Positions 26,126-35,904 of a stretch of 60,832 nucleotides of DNA are shown here, in pieces. Source of the stretch: Nitrospirota bacterium (GTDB lineage Bacteria > Nitrospirota > Thermodesulfovibrionia > Thermodesulfovibrionales > UBA9159); NCBI GenBank assembly GCA_023382175.1, contig JAMCQB010000142.1:1-60832 (forward strand). The letters are read 5' to 3'. The position numbers and the translations under genes are program-made. Under the pieces are notes generated by a model. That model made no database searches. It saw only the letters and a program-made list of their open reading frames with translations, and was not told the DNA's origin. How positions within the stretch are numbered: the first letter of the stretch is position 1; every line of letters begins with the position of its first letter.

Positions 26126-26228
26126 CTATATGATGCAAGCCCCACAGGAACATCATTCTTCCGCGTTTCGGCTTCGTGACGATAGGAATCTAGATCTTCT
26201 TCTTTCTTCCGGGCCCTCTTTGCCAATT
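26126..26228 (-). pseudogene. Remnant second copy of the mod 5' end (about 35 codons)
   Basis: The minus strand reads TTG-AKRARKKEEDLDSYRHEAETRKNDVPVGLASY, compared with the mod N-terminus MAKKKRNSGEDDIDSYRHEAETRKNAVPVGLASY. By eye the nucleotide identity to 25433..25532 is roughly four-fifths. The remnant ends overlapping the DUF4160 start codon. Confidence 0.6.
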
Positions 26229-26377
26229 TCCCCTCCAAAACCAGACCTGGTAACGTATAGACAAATTATATCTTAGGTGAAAGGCATTTTTAAAGGTAAA
26301 TCAACAACTTTCCGCTGATTTCCATTTATTATGATTTATCTCATACCCCCCTGAAAATAATCTGATATAATAGAAGT

Positions 26378-26620
26378 ATGCTTAAGGAAGGATGTCCGGG
26401 AAGCAAGGAGATTAGAAACCCCTATCCCGAGGAGATACAATGTTTCTGGTGTGAAACCTCTAATGAGATATGGAGTGATGAGGTGGAGATAGCCTGCAAA
26501 CACTGCGGAAAAACGATCTCGAGGGAAATGGGGGTTACCTGCCTTCAATGGTGCCCTGCTGCAAGGGAATGCGTGGGCGCTGAAAAGTATGACAGGCTGA
26601 TGAAGGCAGTAAAAAAATAG
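26378..26620 (+). CDS. Small cysteine-rich (zinc-ribbon-like) protein
   Basis: 80 aa with Cys pairs CFWC...CKHC and C..WC....EC. A TATAAT box at 26363-26368 lies immediately upstream, so the mRNA may be nearly leaderless. Function unknown. Confidence 0.5.
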   Translation: MLKEGCPGSKEIRNPYPEEIQCFWCETSNEIWSDEVEIACKHCGKTISREMGVTCLQWCPAARECVGAEKYDRLMKAVKK

Positions 26621-26774
26621 TATCAGCTTATCAAACACTTTCTAAGCCCTTACCCTTCCCCACTTGCAGCCGTTTCTCCCTGTATTTTCCACGATGGGTC
26701 GATTGCATTCTCTGCATTTACCTGATATTATTTACTAGAGGGAGCCATTCGGCGACCTCTTCTGCGGAGGATAT

Positions 26775-27578
26775 ATGAGGAGAAAGCCGGCAGTTGCAGG
26801 GCAATTTTACCATGGAACATCTGCAAAACTCAGCCATCAAGTCCAGCAGTATATAACGAAGAATCTTCCGAAGGAGCATGCCCTGGGTATCCTTTCCCCC
26901 CATGCAGGGCTTATCTATTCCGGTGCAGTGGCGGGCGAGGTCTACTCGAGAATCGCCTTACCCGAAACCTTCATATTGCTCGGCCCCAATCACACCGGAC
27001 TTGGTGCGCGCATGGCCATAATGTCCGAGGGGGAATGGGAAATACCCACAGGGATATTCCAGATCGATGAAAAACTCGGCCGAAGGATTCTTGCGAATGC
27101 GCCTCTGGTCTCGAGTGATACGCAGGCCCATATGTTTGAGCACTCCCTTGAGGTTCAGCTCCCCTTTATTGCCCACTTCTCGAGAAATTCAAAAATTGTC
27201 CCCTTGACCGTCATGTCAGCAACCCTTGAGGAGTGCAGGAGTGTGGGAGAGGGAATAGCAAAATCCATTAAGGAGACAGACTATCCTGTAGTTATTGTTG
27301 CAAGCTCTGATATGAGCCACTATGTATCCGATGAGGTGGCACACAAAAAGGATAAAATGGCCATTGATAAAATCCTCTCCCTCGACCCGGAAGGTCTCTT
27401 CAGTGTTGTGAGAAAAGAGCAGATCTCCATGTGCGGATATCTGCCTGCAACCATGATGCTCTTTGCGGCAAAATCCCTCGGCGCCAGGGGCGCAAAACTC
27501 ATAAAATACGCCACGTCAGGGGACGTGAGTGGTGATTATGATGCTGTGGTCGGTTACGCGGGTGTTATTGTATCGTAG
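26775..27578 (+). CDS. MEMO1-family protein (AmmeMemoRadiSam system protein B)
   Basis: 267 aa. MRRKPAVAGQFY N-terminus, ILSPHAGLIYSG and SSDMSHY motifs typical of Memo-like proteins. Confidence 0.85.
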   Translation: MRRKPAVAGQFYHGTSAKLSHQVQQYITKNLPKEHALGILSPHAGLIYSGAVAGEVYSRIALPETFILLGPNHTGLGARMAIMSEGEWEIPTGIFQIDEKLGRRILANAPLVSSDTQAHMFEHSLEVQLPFIAHFSRNSKIVPLTVMSATLEECRSVGEGIAKSIKETDYPVVIVASSDMSHYVSDEVAHKKDKMAIDKILSLDPEGLFSVVRKEQISMCGYLPATMMLFAAKSLGARGAKLIKYATSGDVSGDYDAVVGYAGVIVS

Positions 27579-27590
27579 GGCAGAAACATC

Positions 27591-27707
27591 AGGGGTTCAA
27601 GGATTTAAGGGGTCGAGGGGTCAAGTGATTCTTCAATCCTGTTGACACTTTTCCATTCTTTTGTTTTTTCTCTTGAACCCTTGAATCCCTGCCCCTTGAA
27701 CCCTTTT
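27591..27707. repeat. MITE-like palindromic element, family C (GGGTTCAAGG repeats)
   Basis: aggggttcaaggatttaaggggtcgaggggtcaag ... cttgaacccttgaatccctgccccttgaaccc forms imperfect inverted arms around a T-rich core that contains a TTGACA box. Confidence 0.65.
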
Positions 27708-28210
27708 TGTGAGTTGCACTTTCTCCTTGCCCAAATACCATGATTTCTGGTATAAATAAAGTAAGTTCAGCTTGAGGGCAGTTTGCCTGCCCTGTTTGTG
27801 ATGGGTGAAAAAAGTTGATCCGGCAAATTAGATCTTTTGGGAGTCAGAGTAAGGAGTGCGGTGTGCATGCCGGGCATTCATTTGCCCGGAAGCCTGAAGG
27901 CTCCTTCAAGACACCCACCTATATTGTAGGCGGATCTAATTCTTCACTGACACGGCAGGGCGGGTTTATTTTGCGGGTTCTCATGATCGCTTTGCTTTTT
28001 GCGAGGAATTTAAATAAAAAAATAGAGGAGTCTGGTAAAATGCCTACCTTCACCAGGGGTTGCCCCATTTCAGGCAGCCGGAAAGACCGACCTGTTCCGG
28101 AAGATTCCTCTTCATTCCAAAGCGTATTTTCTTTCCTGCTCTCCTCGCAATAGCATAATAGACACAGCAAGCCCGCGCTACCCTCATCGGAAATATACTA
28201 CGAAAGGGGG

Positions 28211-29782
28211 ATGTGTGCGATGATCGACGTGTGGTACCTGCTCATTGCTGTTATAATCGGCATTTCACTTGGCGTACTCCTGAGCCTTATATACAAACGC
28301 TCCATCAAAACCCAGCAGTTGGCCCTGAAACAGGAAAAAGAACATATTATCGCAGAGGCAAAAAAGACGGCGGATGTCATCAAGAAGGAAGCCGCGATGG
28401 AGGCGAAAGACCTTGTATACCAGGCAAAATCAGAGGCCGAAAAGGAGATCAGGGAGAGGCGCAATGAACTGAACCAGCTGGACAGGAGACTCAGGCAGAA
28501 GGAAGAGGCCCTGGAGAGAAGGGTCAGTCAGGCAGAGAAAAGGGAACACGAGCTCAACAAAAGAGAGAAGGAATACAACACAAAGGAACGGGGGCTTCAG
28601 GACAAGGAAAACCAGTATGCGCAGATCATCAAGGATCAGATGGCAGTCCTGGAAAGAGTTTCCGGCTTAGGTGCGGATGAAGCCAGGCAGGAACTCGTCA
28701 GGAGGGTGGAAGAAGAGATGCGCTTTGAATCCTCAAAGCTTGCCAAGAGGATAGAGGATGAGGCACGGGAAGGCGCCGAGAAGAAGGCAAAGGAGATCGT
28801 GAGCCTGGCGATCCAGAGGTATGCCGGCGACTATGTGGCTGACGGCACGGTGACGGCAGTAAGCCTCCCCAACGATGAAATGAAAGGAAGGATCATCGGA
28901 AGGGAGGGGAGGAACATCCGTGCTCTGGAAGCTGCCACGGGGGTGGACCTCATTGTTGACGACACCCCTGAACTTGTAACCCTTTCCGGCTTTGACCCTG
29001 TGAGGAGGGAAATAGCCCGTATGTCCCTGGAAAGACTGATCGCCGACGGAAGGATACATCCGACCCGGATAGAAGAGATCGTTGAGAAGGTCAAGAAAGA
29101 AGTGGATGCCACTATCAAGGAGGAAGGAGAAAAGGCGGTCTTTGACCTCGGCCTCTCCGGCATACACCCCGAGATCATACGGCTCCTTGGGAGGCTCAAG
29201 TACCGGACGTCCTACGGACAGAACATGCTCCAGCACTCAAGGGAAGTAGCCTATCTTGCAGGAATGATGGCCGCGGAACTGGGCGTTGATGTGAAACTGG
29301 CAAAGAGGGGAGGACTCCTCCACGATATCGGAAAGGCCGTGGACCACGAAATTGAGGGCTCCCATCAGGAGATAGGCTCAAACATCGCAAAGAAGCACGG
29401 AGAGAACCAGAAGGTGGTCAATGCAATCCATGTACACCATGGCGATGCAGAACCAACTACGGTGGAAGCTGCCCTTGTTGCAGCGGCAGACGCTCTCTCT
29501 GCTGCAAGGCCGGGAGTGAGAAGGGAGAGCATCGAGAACTATCTGAAACGTCTCGAAAAGCTGGAACAGATGGCGATGTCATACAACGGCGTGGAGAAAT
29601 GTTACGCCATACAGGCAGGGAGAGAAGTAAGGATCATCGTGAAACCGGAAGATGTCACTGACGACATGGCGTCCATGCTTTCCCGGGACCTCTCGAAAAA
29701 GATTGAAGCCGAGCTGACCTATCCGGGCCAGATAAAGGTCACCGTCATCAGAGAATCAAGATATGTGGAGTATGCAAAGTAA
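28211..29782 (+). CDS. rny: Ribonuclease Y
   Basis: 523 aa. N-terminal TM helix, coiled coil, KH domain ([15 protein letters not shown]) and HD domain (LLHDIGKA). The start could instead be the ATG at 28220. Confidence 0.95.
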   Translation: MCAMIDVWYLLIAVIIGISLGVLLSLIYKRSIKTQQLALKQEKEHIIAEAKKTADVIKKEAAMEAKDLVYQAKSEAEKEIRERRNELNQLDRRLRQKEEALERRVSQAEKREHELNKREKEYNTKERGLQDKENQYAQIIKDQMAVLERVSGLGADEARQELVRRVEEEMRFESSKLAKRIEDEAREGAEKKAKEIVSLAIQRYAGDYVADGTVTAVSLPNDEMKGRIIGREGRNIRALEAATGVDLIVDDTPELVTLSGFDPVRREIARMSLERLIADGRIHPTRIEEIVEKVKKEVDATIKEEGEKAVFDLGLSGIHPEIIRLLGRLKYRTSYGQNMLQHSREVAYLAGMMAAELGVDVKLAKRGGLLHDIGKAVDHEIEGSHQEIGSNIAKKHGENQKVVNAIHVHHGDAEPTTVEAALVAAADALSAARPGVRRESIENYLKRLEKLEQMAMSYNGVEKCYAIQAGREVRIIVKPEDVTDDMASMLSRDLSKKIEAELTYPGQIKVTVIRESRYVEYAK

Positions 29783-29796
29783 GAGTACAAAGAATA

Positions 29797-29878
29797 TTAC
29801 CGCCGAGGACGCGGAGATCGCAGAAAATTACGAAAGAATCAGATCTCTTCTTCTTAAACTCTGCGCTCTCTGCGGTAA
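29797..29878. repeat. MITE-like palindromic element, family D
   Basis: ttaccgccgaggacgcggagatcgcagaaaa ... aaactctgcgctctctgcggtaa, the same architecture as 3360..3479. It lies between rny and ymdB. Confidence 0.6.
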
Positions 29879-29893
29879 AAAAGGCTTTCTCGG

Positions 29894-30676
29894 GTGAAAA
29901 TTCTTTTCATAGGCGATATCGTCGGCGCGGTGGGGAGAGCGGCTGTCAAGGCCCTTCTCCCCGCGCTCCGTGATCGTTACAAGATCGATTTCGTTGTGGC
30001 CAACGGCGAGAATGCTGCAGGCGGCTTCGGGATAACGGAGAAGGTAGCATCGGAAATCTTCGGCTTCGGCGTCCATATTATGACCAGCGGAAACCATATC
30101 TGGGATAAAAAAGAATCCATCCCCTATATCGCAAAGGAGAACCGCATCATCAGGCCCGTGAACTATCCCCCGGGTGTTCCCGGCTATGGCAGTGTTGTCA
30201 TCACCCTTCCCTCCGGGACAAAGATCGGCGTCGTCAACCTATCGGGAAGGGTTTTCATGTCAAGCATCGATTGTCCCTTCAGAGTGGGGAAGGACGAGAT
30301 CGAGCGGGTGCAGAAAGAGACAAAATGCATCATCGTGGATTTCCATGCCGAGGCTACGTCGGAGAAGATCGCCTTTGGCTATTTCATAGACGGAAAGGTC
30401 AGCGCTGTCATCGGCACGCATACCCATGTTCAGACTGCTGATGAAAAGATCTTGCCCGGCGGCACTGCGTATATCACTGACGTAGGCATGACCGGCCCGG
30501 AAGTCTCGGTCATAGGGATAGAGAAGGAACAGATCATCGAACGTTTTCTTCTCCAGATGCCGAGGAAGTTCGAGACAGCCAGGGGGGGCGGAATACTCTC
30601 GGCAGCGGTGATAGAGATCGATGACAGGTCAGGGAAGTCAACAGCTATTCAGAGACTGCAGTTGACGTATCCATAA
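29894..30676 (+). CDS. ymdB: YmdB-family metallophosphoesterase (TIGR00282)
   Basis: 260 aa, GTG start. MKILFIGDIVG, ANGENAAGG and DFHAEATSEK motifs. Conserved rny-ymdB pairing. Confidence 0.9.
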   Translation: MKILFIGDIVGAVGRAAVKALLPALRDRYKIDFVVANGENAAGGFGITEKVASEIFGFGVHIMTSGNHIWDKKESIPYIAKENRIIRPVNYPPGVPGYGSVVITLPSGTKIGVVNLSGRVFMSSIDCPFRVGKDEIERVQKETKCIIVDFHAEATSEKIAFGYFIDGKVSAVIGTHTHVQTADEKILPGGTAYITDVGMTGPEVSVIGIEKEQIIERFLLQMPRKFETARGGGILSAAVIEIDDRSGKSTAIQRLQLTYP

Positions 30677-30680
30677 AAAT

Positions 30681-30761
30681 GAGAAACGGGGACTCGGAGA
30701 AACGAAGAAAGGTGAAAAGGAATTGAGGAAATCCCCCCGTCACCGTTTCTCCCATTCCCCG
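30681..30761. repeat. Palindromic element, family F (GAGAAACGG / CCGTTTCTC arms)
   Basis: gagaaacggggactcggagaaacg ... ccccccgtcaccgtttctcccattccccg. The 9-bp arms are exact inverted copies. Confidence 0.4.
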
Positions 30762-30791
30762 GCTCGTTTGTAAAGCAAAAGGAGGGACTGA

Positions 30792-31208
30792 ATGGAAGCG
30801 AAGGTTAAATATGTTGATGGACTTCAATTTGTCGGGGAGGCCTCATCAGGCCATGCCATTGTCATGGACGGTGATACAAAGTTCGGGGGCGCGAATACGG
30901 CGGTCAGACCGACGGAGCTTCTCCTCATTGGCCTTGGCGGCTGTTCCGGCATGGATGTTATCTCTATCCTCAAGAAGAAAAAGCAGGATGTAAAGGGACT
31001 GGAAATCAATGTAAAAGGCCAAAAGGCTGAGAGTTACCCTCAGAAGTTTACCGACATCACCATCGAATTCGTTGTGAAAGGCCGCAACCTGTCGGAAGAA
31101 GCAGTGAAACGGGCTGTTGACCTTTCCATGGGAAAATACTGCTCGGTGAAGGCAACCCTGGAAGGGTGCGCACAGATAACCTTCAGCTACAGGATTGTGG
31201 AAGAATAA
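30792..31208 (+). CDS. OsmC/Ohr family protein
   Basis: 138 aa. RPTELLLIGLGGCSGMDV and GKYCSV, the two conserved Cys regions of OsmC-like proteins. Confidence 0.85.
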   Translation: MEAKVKYVDGLQFVGEASSGHAIVMDGDTKFGGANTAVRPTELLLIGLGGCSGMDVISILKKKKQDVKGLEINVKGQKAESYPQKFTDITIEFVVKGRNLSEEAVKRAVDLSMGKYCSVKATLEGCAQITFSYRIVEE

Positions 31209-31342
31209 TCCACCCACCCTCCCCGTTTCCTTTTCCGGGCTTCCCTACCCCTCCGCTGCCGCCGGAAGACTAGCAGATCAGCTAGCCGCGAGTGCGGAGA
31301 AAGTAAGGGACAAGAGCACTTTTTTTGTGATAATCTACTCTC

Positions 31343-31795
31343 ATGCTGCTCTCAATGATCCTGAAGAACCTTGCCACCCTCGGCTTCATAGGCTATCTCC
31401 CCTTTGCACCAGGCACCTTCGGCACAATAGCCGCCGTGATTTTTTTTGCCCTCCTGAAACCGCCTTTCGCAGTCCATTTTTTTCTCTTAATCTCTATTGC
31501 TCTTTTCGGCGCTTTCGCTTCGCACAGGACAGAAAAGATGCTGAACGAAAAGGACAGCAGCCATATCGTAATTGATGAGTTTGCGGGTTATTCCCTCACC
31601 ATTCTCTCCTTCCCCTTCACCCTGCCTTATTTAATTTCGGCTTTTCTTTTATTCCGCTTTTTCGATATACTAAAGCCGCCGCCCATACGATGGGTTGAGA
31701 AGATCCTTCCCGGAGGAGCAGGCATTATGGCGGATGACTTGATGGCGGGGATTTACGCTAACGCTTTGTTACAGGTATGGAAAGTTCTTGCATAG
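31343..31795 (+). CDS. pgpA: Phosphatidylglycerophosphatase A
   Basis: 150 aa. LGFIGYLPFAPGTFGT, IVIDEFAG and FRFFDILKPPPI motifs. Confidence 0.85.
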   Translation: MLLSMILKNLATLGFIGYLPFAPGTFGTIAAVIFFALLKPPFAVHFFLLISIALFGAFASHRTEKMLNEKDSSHIVIDEFAGYSLTILSFPFTLPYLISAFLLFRFFDILKPPPIRWVEKILPGGAGIMADDLMAGIYANALLQVWKVLA

Positions 31796-32265
31796 ATACG
31801 GTCGAGAGAATTCATAAGCGCTTCAAGGCCTCATGGATAAGGCTCTGCGTTGCCGAGTCCTGCACGGGGGGCCTCATCAGTCATCTCATTACCAATCTTC
31901 CCGGCGCATCCCTTTTCTTCGATTCCTCTGTTGTGTCCTACTCCAATGAATCCAAGATAAAATTCTTGGGGCTCAAGAGGTCGTTGATCAGGAAGCACGG
32001 AGCAGTGAGCGAGGAAGTGGCAAGGGCAATGGCAGTCGCTATGAGAGAGAAGAGGGGTACGGACTTCTCCCTGGCAATTACGGGCAATCTCGGTCCTGAT
32101 CCCATGGAAGACAAGAAAGTCGGCCTTGTGTATATGGCGGTGGACTTTGAAAAGGAAACCGTTTCCAGGGGTATGATCTTCGAGGGGGAAAGGGAAGAGA
32201 TAAAACTTCAGGCCGCTGTTGCGTCTCTCCGGTTTCTTGCCGAGGTAGTCGAGACCTGGACATGA
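31777..32265 (+). CDS. CinA-family nicotinamide-nucleotide amidohydrolase domain protein (PncC-like)
   Basis: 162 aa. VAESCTGGLIS motif. In the usual cinA position upstream of recA. Confidence 0.85.
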   Translation: MESSCIDTVERIHKRFKASWIRLCVAESCTGGLISHLITNLPGASLFFDSSVVSYSNESKIKFLGLKRSLIRKHGAVSEEVARAMAVAMREKRGTDFSLAITGNLGPDPMEDKKVGLVYMAVDFEKETVSRGMIFEGEREEIKLQAAVASLRFLAEVVETWT

Positions 32266-32828
32266 GATGCTTCGTTGCCATAAACCTCGAGGATTCCCTG
32301 AAAAAAGAGATCGGTTGCGTAATAAGGGGCCTGACTGAAGGCAGAGGGGATGTGAAGTGGGTCCCTGCTGAGAACCTTCATATCACCCTTAAATTCCTGG
32401 GGGATGCTTCCGATGATTCTGTGCAAAGGGTAAAAGAACATTTGGCAGGGATTTCGAAACGTCACGGTCCCTTTGAGGTCAAACTCTATGGTGTCGGCGT
32501 ATTTCCTGACAAGAGAAGGCCCAGGGTGGTCTGGATAGATCTCCTGGATTCAAAGGAGCTGATAAAACTTCAAGAAGCAGTTGAAACTTCTCTTATAACT
32601 GTAGGTTTTACAAAGGAAGATAGGCCTTTCTCCCCTCACCTCACCATTGGAAGGATACGGTCACTGAAAGCCAGGGATCTTTTCATCGGGGCTATAGAAA
32701 CACTTAAAGACAAGGATTTTGGTAATATAGGAATCAACAAAATCTCTTTAATGAAAAGTGACTTAAAACCCACAGGGGCTCAGTATTCCATTGTGGCTGA
32801 GTTTCCCCTAATAAAGGAGGCACAATGA
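32262..32828 (+). CDS. thpR: RNA 2',3'-cyclic phosphodiesterase (2H phosphoesterase, ThpR/LigT)
   Basis: 188 aa. Two HxT/S motifs, HITLKF and HLTIGR. Confidence 0.85.
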   Translation: MRCFVAINLEDSLKKEIGCVIRGLTEGRGDVKWVPAENLHITLKFLGDASDDSVQRVKEHLAGISKRHGPFEVKLYGVGVFPDKRRPRVVWIDLLDSKELIKLQEAVETSLITVGFTKEDRPFSPHLTIGRIRSLKARDLFIGAIETLKDKDFGNIGINKISLMKSDLKPTGAQYSIVAEFPLIKEAQ

Positions 32829-33820
32829 CCAATAAAGACAAGATAAAGGCCCTGGATATGGCCATCTCCCAGATCGAACGGAGCTTCGGCAAGGGGGCCA
32901 TAATGAAGCTCGGGGCTGCTGAGGTGGCGGAAGGGGTGCAGGCAATACCCACAGGCTCCATCACCCTGGATATTGCCACAGGAATCGGCGGCTATCCCCG
33001 GGGGAGGGTCATAGAGATATTCGGACCCGAGTCTTCGGGAAAGACGACCCTTGCCCTTAATGCCATTGCCGAGGCCCAGAAGGCCGGAGGAGTAGCGGCA
33101 TTCATTGATGCAGAGCACGCCCTGGATATAAATTATGCAAAGAGGATCGGGGTGAAGGTAGAGGACCTGCTGGTATCGCAGCCTGACACCGGCGAACAGG
33201 CCCTGGAGGTGGCCGAGGCCCTTGTGAGAAGCGGCGCTGTTGACATCGTCGTGATCGATTCTGTTGCAGCCCTTGTGCCGAAGGCCGAGATAGAAGGGGA
33301 AATGGGCGATTCTCTTCCCGGGCTCCAGGCCAGGCTCATGAGCCAGGCATTAAGGAAGCTTACCGCCGCCATATCAAAATCCCTCACCACGGTGGTCTTC
33401 ATCAACCAGATACGGATGAAGATAGGGGTGATGTTCGGCAACCCTGAGACCACCACCGGGGGCAATGCCTTGAAGTTCTATTCATCCATGAGGCTCGATA
33501 TACGGAGGATAGACAATCTCAAGGAAAATCAGGAGACCGTGGGAGGAAGGGTAAGGGTAAAAGTGGTGAAGAACAAGGTCGCTCCTCCTTTCAAACAGGC
33601 TGAGTTTGATATATACTTTAATGAAGGAATATCAAGGGTCGGAGAGCTTGTGGACCTGGGAGTCGATGGTGGAATCATCGAGAAATCCGGGGCATGGTAC
33701 AGTTACAGCGGCTCCAGGATCGGCCAGGGAAGGGAGAATGCCAAGGAGTTCCTGAAGAACAATCCCGAAGTCTGCGAGGCGATCCAGCAAAAAATCATGG
33801 AACTTAAGATGAGGAGATGA
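32825..33820 (+). CDS. recA: Recombinase RecA
   Basis: 331 aa. Walker [10 protein letters not shown], plus FIDAEHALD and the rest of the canonical RecA sequence. Ends with TGA at 33818-33820. Confidence 0.98.
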   Translation: MTNKDKIKALDMAISQIERSFGKGAIMKLGAAEVAEGVQAIPTGSITLDIATGIGGYPRGRVIEIFGPESSGKTTLALNAIAEAQKAGGVAAFIDAEHALDINYAKRIGVKVEDLLVSQPDTGEQALEVAEALVRSGAVDIVVIDSVAALVPKAEIEGEMGDSLPGLQARLMSQALRKLTAAISKSLTTVVFINQIRMKIGVMFGNPETTTGGNALKFYSSMRLDIRRIDNLKENQETVGGRVRVKVVKNKVAPPFKQAEFDIYFNEGISRVGELVDLGVDGGIIEKSGAWYSYSGSRIGQGRENAKEFLKNNPEVCEAIQQKIMELKMRR

Positions 33821-33823
33821 TCC

Positions 33824-34981
33824 ATGGAAATCAACGAGCTTCTCAAAAAAGCCATTACGGAAAATGCATCTGATCTCCATATCAAGGTCGGCTCGCCCCC
33901 CATTGTTCGGGTGACCGGAGAGCTGATACCCATGGCCTCAGAGGAGAGGGTTTCGCAACAAGAGGCCATGAAGATCGCCTTTGCCGTAATGAGCCCCGGC
34001 CAGAGGGAAGTCTTCAAACAGAAGAATGAGATCGACCTTGCCTACAGCGTCCCGGGTCTCGGCAGGTTCCGGTGCAACGTCTTCATCCAGAGGGGCACCA
34101 TCGGCCTGGTCTTCAGGGTCATCCCCATGAGGATCCCGTCTATCGAAGAGCTCAACCTCCCCGAGGTTCTGCAGAAAATCGCCATGGAAGAGAGGGGTCT
34201 CGTCCTTGTTACAGGGACAACAGGAAGCGGCAAGTCCACGACCCTCGCGACCATGGTCGATTACATCAACATGAACAGGACGTGCAACATCGTCACTATC
34301 GAAGACCCCATTGAGTATCTCCACAGAGATAAAAAGAGCATCGTGAACCAGCGCGAGGTGGGAAGCGACACCGAGTCCTTCGGAAGGGCATTGCGGTCAG
34401 CCCTCAGGCAGGACCCGGATGTGATCCTCGTGGGCGAGATGCGTGACTTTGAGACGATCCAGACTGCCCTCACCGCTGCGGAGACCGGTCACCTCGTCTT
34501 CAGCACGCTCCATACCATCGATGCCACAGAGACCGTGAACAGAATCATCGCGGTATTTCCCCCCTATCAGCACAAACAGGTGAGGATCCAGTTGTCCTCG
34601 GTGATCAAGGGCATCATCTCCATGAGACTCATGCCGAGGGCTGATGGGAAAGGCAGGGTGCCGGCAGTGGAAGTCCTCGTCGCCACGGCCATGATAAAAG
34701 ACTGCATCCTCGATCCGGACAAGACAAAGCTCATCCCCGACACCATCGCCCAGGGCAAGATCCATTACGGAATGCAGACCTTTGACCAGTCCCTCTTCGA
34801 TCACTTCAAGTCCGGGCTGATCACTTACGAAGAAGCCCTGAGGAGGGCGTCAAACCCTGACGACTTCGTCCTGAGGGTGAAGGGCGTCCGTTCCACCAGT
34901 GATCTCACTTACGACGAACGACCTGCACCGGAAGAACAACCGACGAAGCCCGGGGTGGAGATTCAACGATTTGCGAAATGA
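33824..34981 (+). CDS. pilT: Type IV pilus twitching-motility ATPase PilT family
   Basis: 385 aa. Walker A GTTGSGKSTT, Asp box, ALRQDPDVILVGEMRD, and His box TGHLVFSTLHT. Confidence 0.9.
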   Translation: MEINELLKKAITENASDLHIKVGSPPIVRVTGELIPMASEERVSQQEAMKIAFAVMSPGQREVFKQKNEIDLAYSVPGLGRFRCNVFIQRGTIGLVFRVIPMRIPSIEELNLPEVLQKIAMEERGLVLVTGTTGSGKSTTLATMVDYINMNRTCNIVTIEDPIEYLHRDKKSIVNQREVGSDTESFGRALRSALRQDPDVILVGEMRDFETIQTALTAAETGHLVFSTLHTIDATETVNRIIAVFPPYQHKQVRIQLSSVIKGIISMRLMPRADGKGRVPAVEVLVATAMIKDCILDPDKTKLIPDTIAQGKIHYGMQTFDQSLFDHFKSGLITYEEALRRASNPDDFVLRVKGVRSTSDLTYDERPAPEEQPTKPGVEIQRFAK

Positions 34982-35475
34982 GAATTCACGATCCTCGCCG
35001 CTCTGTGTTACACTATGCATACAAGCTCCTGAGCTACAGAAGCAGAAGCGAAGCGGAGATGGTCAGAAGACTCAGGATGAAGGGCTTTGATGAACCCTCT
35101 GTCAGCAAGGCCATAATCCAGCTCAAGGAGAGCGGCTTTGTCGACGACAGGAAACTCGCGGCCTCCCTCAGACGATACGCAGAGGAATCGAAGCAACTGA
35201 GCATCACCGGCACACGGAGATTTCTCCTCCAGCGCGGCGTTCCTGCAGAGATGATCAACGAGGTGGTAGGAGATATCGACGAGCTCGAGACGGCAAAAAA
35301 GCTCGTGGAGAAAAAAGTCGCTGCGTGGAGAAAACAGAGCCTTTCCCGAAAAGGCTCACAACTTGACGACACACTGATCAGAAAACTTTACGGCATTCTC
35401 TATCGGAAGGGATACCCTCCGGAAGCAATAAAAAAAGTTCTGCGCCGCTATACAGGTAAGGAGGATATAGTATGA
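34978..35475 (+). CDS. recX: Recombination regulator RecX
   Basis: 165 aa. ALKLLSYRSRSEAEM-type N-terminus (YAYKLLSYRSRSEAEMVRRL) and three-repeat helical organisation. Confidence 0.85.
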   Translation: MRIHDPRRSVLHYAYKLLSYRSRSEAEMVRRLRMKGFDEPSVSKAIIQLKESGFVDDRKLAASLRRYAEESKQLSITGTRRFLLQRGVPAEMINEVVGDIDELETAKKLVEKKVAAWRKQSLSRKGSQLDDTLIRKLYGILYRKGYPPEAIKKVLRRYTGKEDIV

Positions 35476-35879
35476 AGAAGGCTTTCTTTTTTGTCTTGCT
35501 TTTACCCCTCGTGTTCGCTTCATTTTTGGGATGTTCAAAGACAGTGAGATACTCTCCGGAGGAAATCAAGGATTATCCCCCTGCGATCCAGGAACAGATC
35601 AGACAGGGCAATGTAGTGATAGGCATGACCACCCAACAGGTTCGGTATGCCTGGGGACCGCCCGCAACAGTGAATGTGATTGCCCCCACGGCAGAAGGGA
35701 GGCCGAGGGAGGAATGGCTCTATGCAATGGGAATGGGAGTATTCATGGAGAGAAGACTTCTCTTTGTGGACGGCAAGCTGGTGGATATCTTCCCGGAACC
35801 AAAACCTGCGGCTGCGCCCGCGCCCGCACCGGCGCCGGAGGCCCAGCCGAAACCGGAAGAGCCAGAGGGAAAGAAATGA
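35472..35879 (+). CDS. Putative lipoprotein with an Ala/Pro-rich C-terminus
   Basis: 135 aa. Signal peptide with lipobox (LVFASFLGCS), a small beta-rich domain (GMTTQQVRYAWGPP), and an AAAPAPAPAPEAQPKPEEPEG tail. Confidence 0.6.
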   Translation: MKKAFFFVLLLPLVFASFLGCSKTVRYSPEEIKDYPPAIQEQIRQGNVVIGMTTQQVRYAWGPPATVNVIAPTAEGRPREEWLYAMGMGVFMERRLLFVDGKLVDIFPEPKPAAAPAPAPAPEAQPKPEEPEGKK

Positions 35880-35904
35880 AGCATGCAGAGACGGGGATCT
35901 TCCC

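Noticed and set aside
17649-26230. Prophage or integrative element as the nature of the accessory island
   Set aside because: No integrase, transposase, phage structural genes or flanking tRNA were found. The content is purely R-M and TA-type genes, so it is better described as a defence islet remodelled by recombination.
26336-26638. 100-aa minus-strand ORF opposite the small Cys-rich gene
   Set aside because: It overlaps the plus-strand ORF, which has paired CxxC motifs. The minus-strand product has no motifs and no RBS. The choice between the two is still only moderately confident.
27815-28153. 112-aa ORF (and the antisense 83-aa ORF 27919..28170) in the rny upstream region
   Set aside because: There is no RBS and no recognisable motifs, and the ORF is interrupted by hairpin-forming segments. 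The region was treated as non-coding or possible RNA instead.
35680-35904. 75-codon Arg-rich N-terminal extension of alaS in the ORF track
   Set aside because: It overlaps the lipoprotein gene (35472..35879) in another frame. Canonical AlaRS starts at MKSAEIRASFLDYF (ATG 35905).
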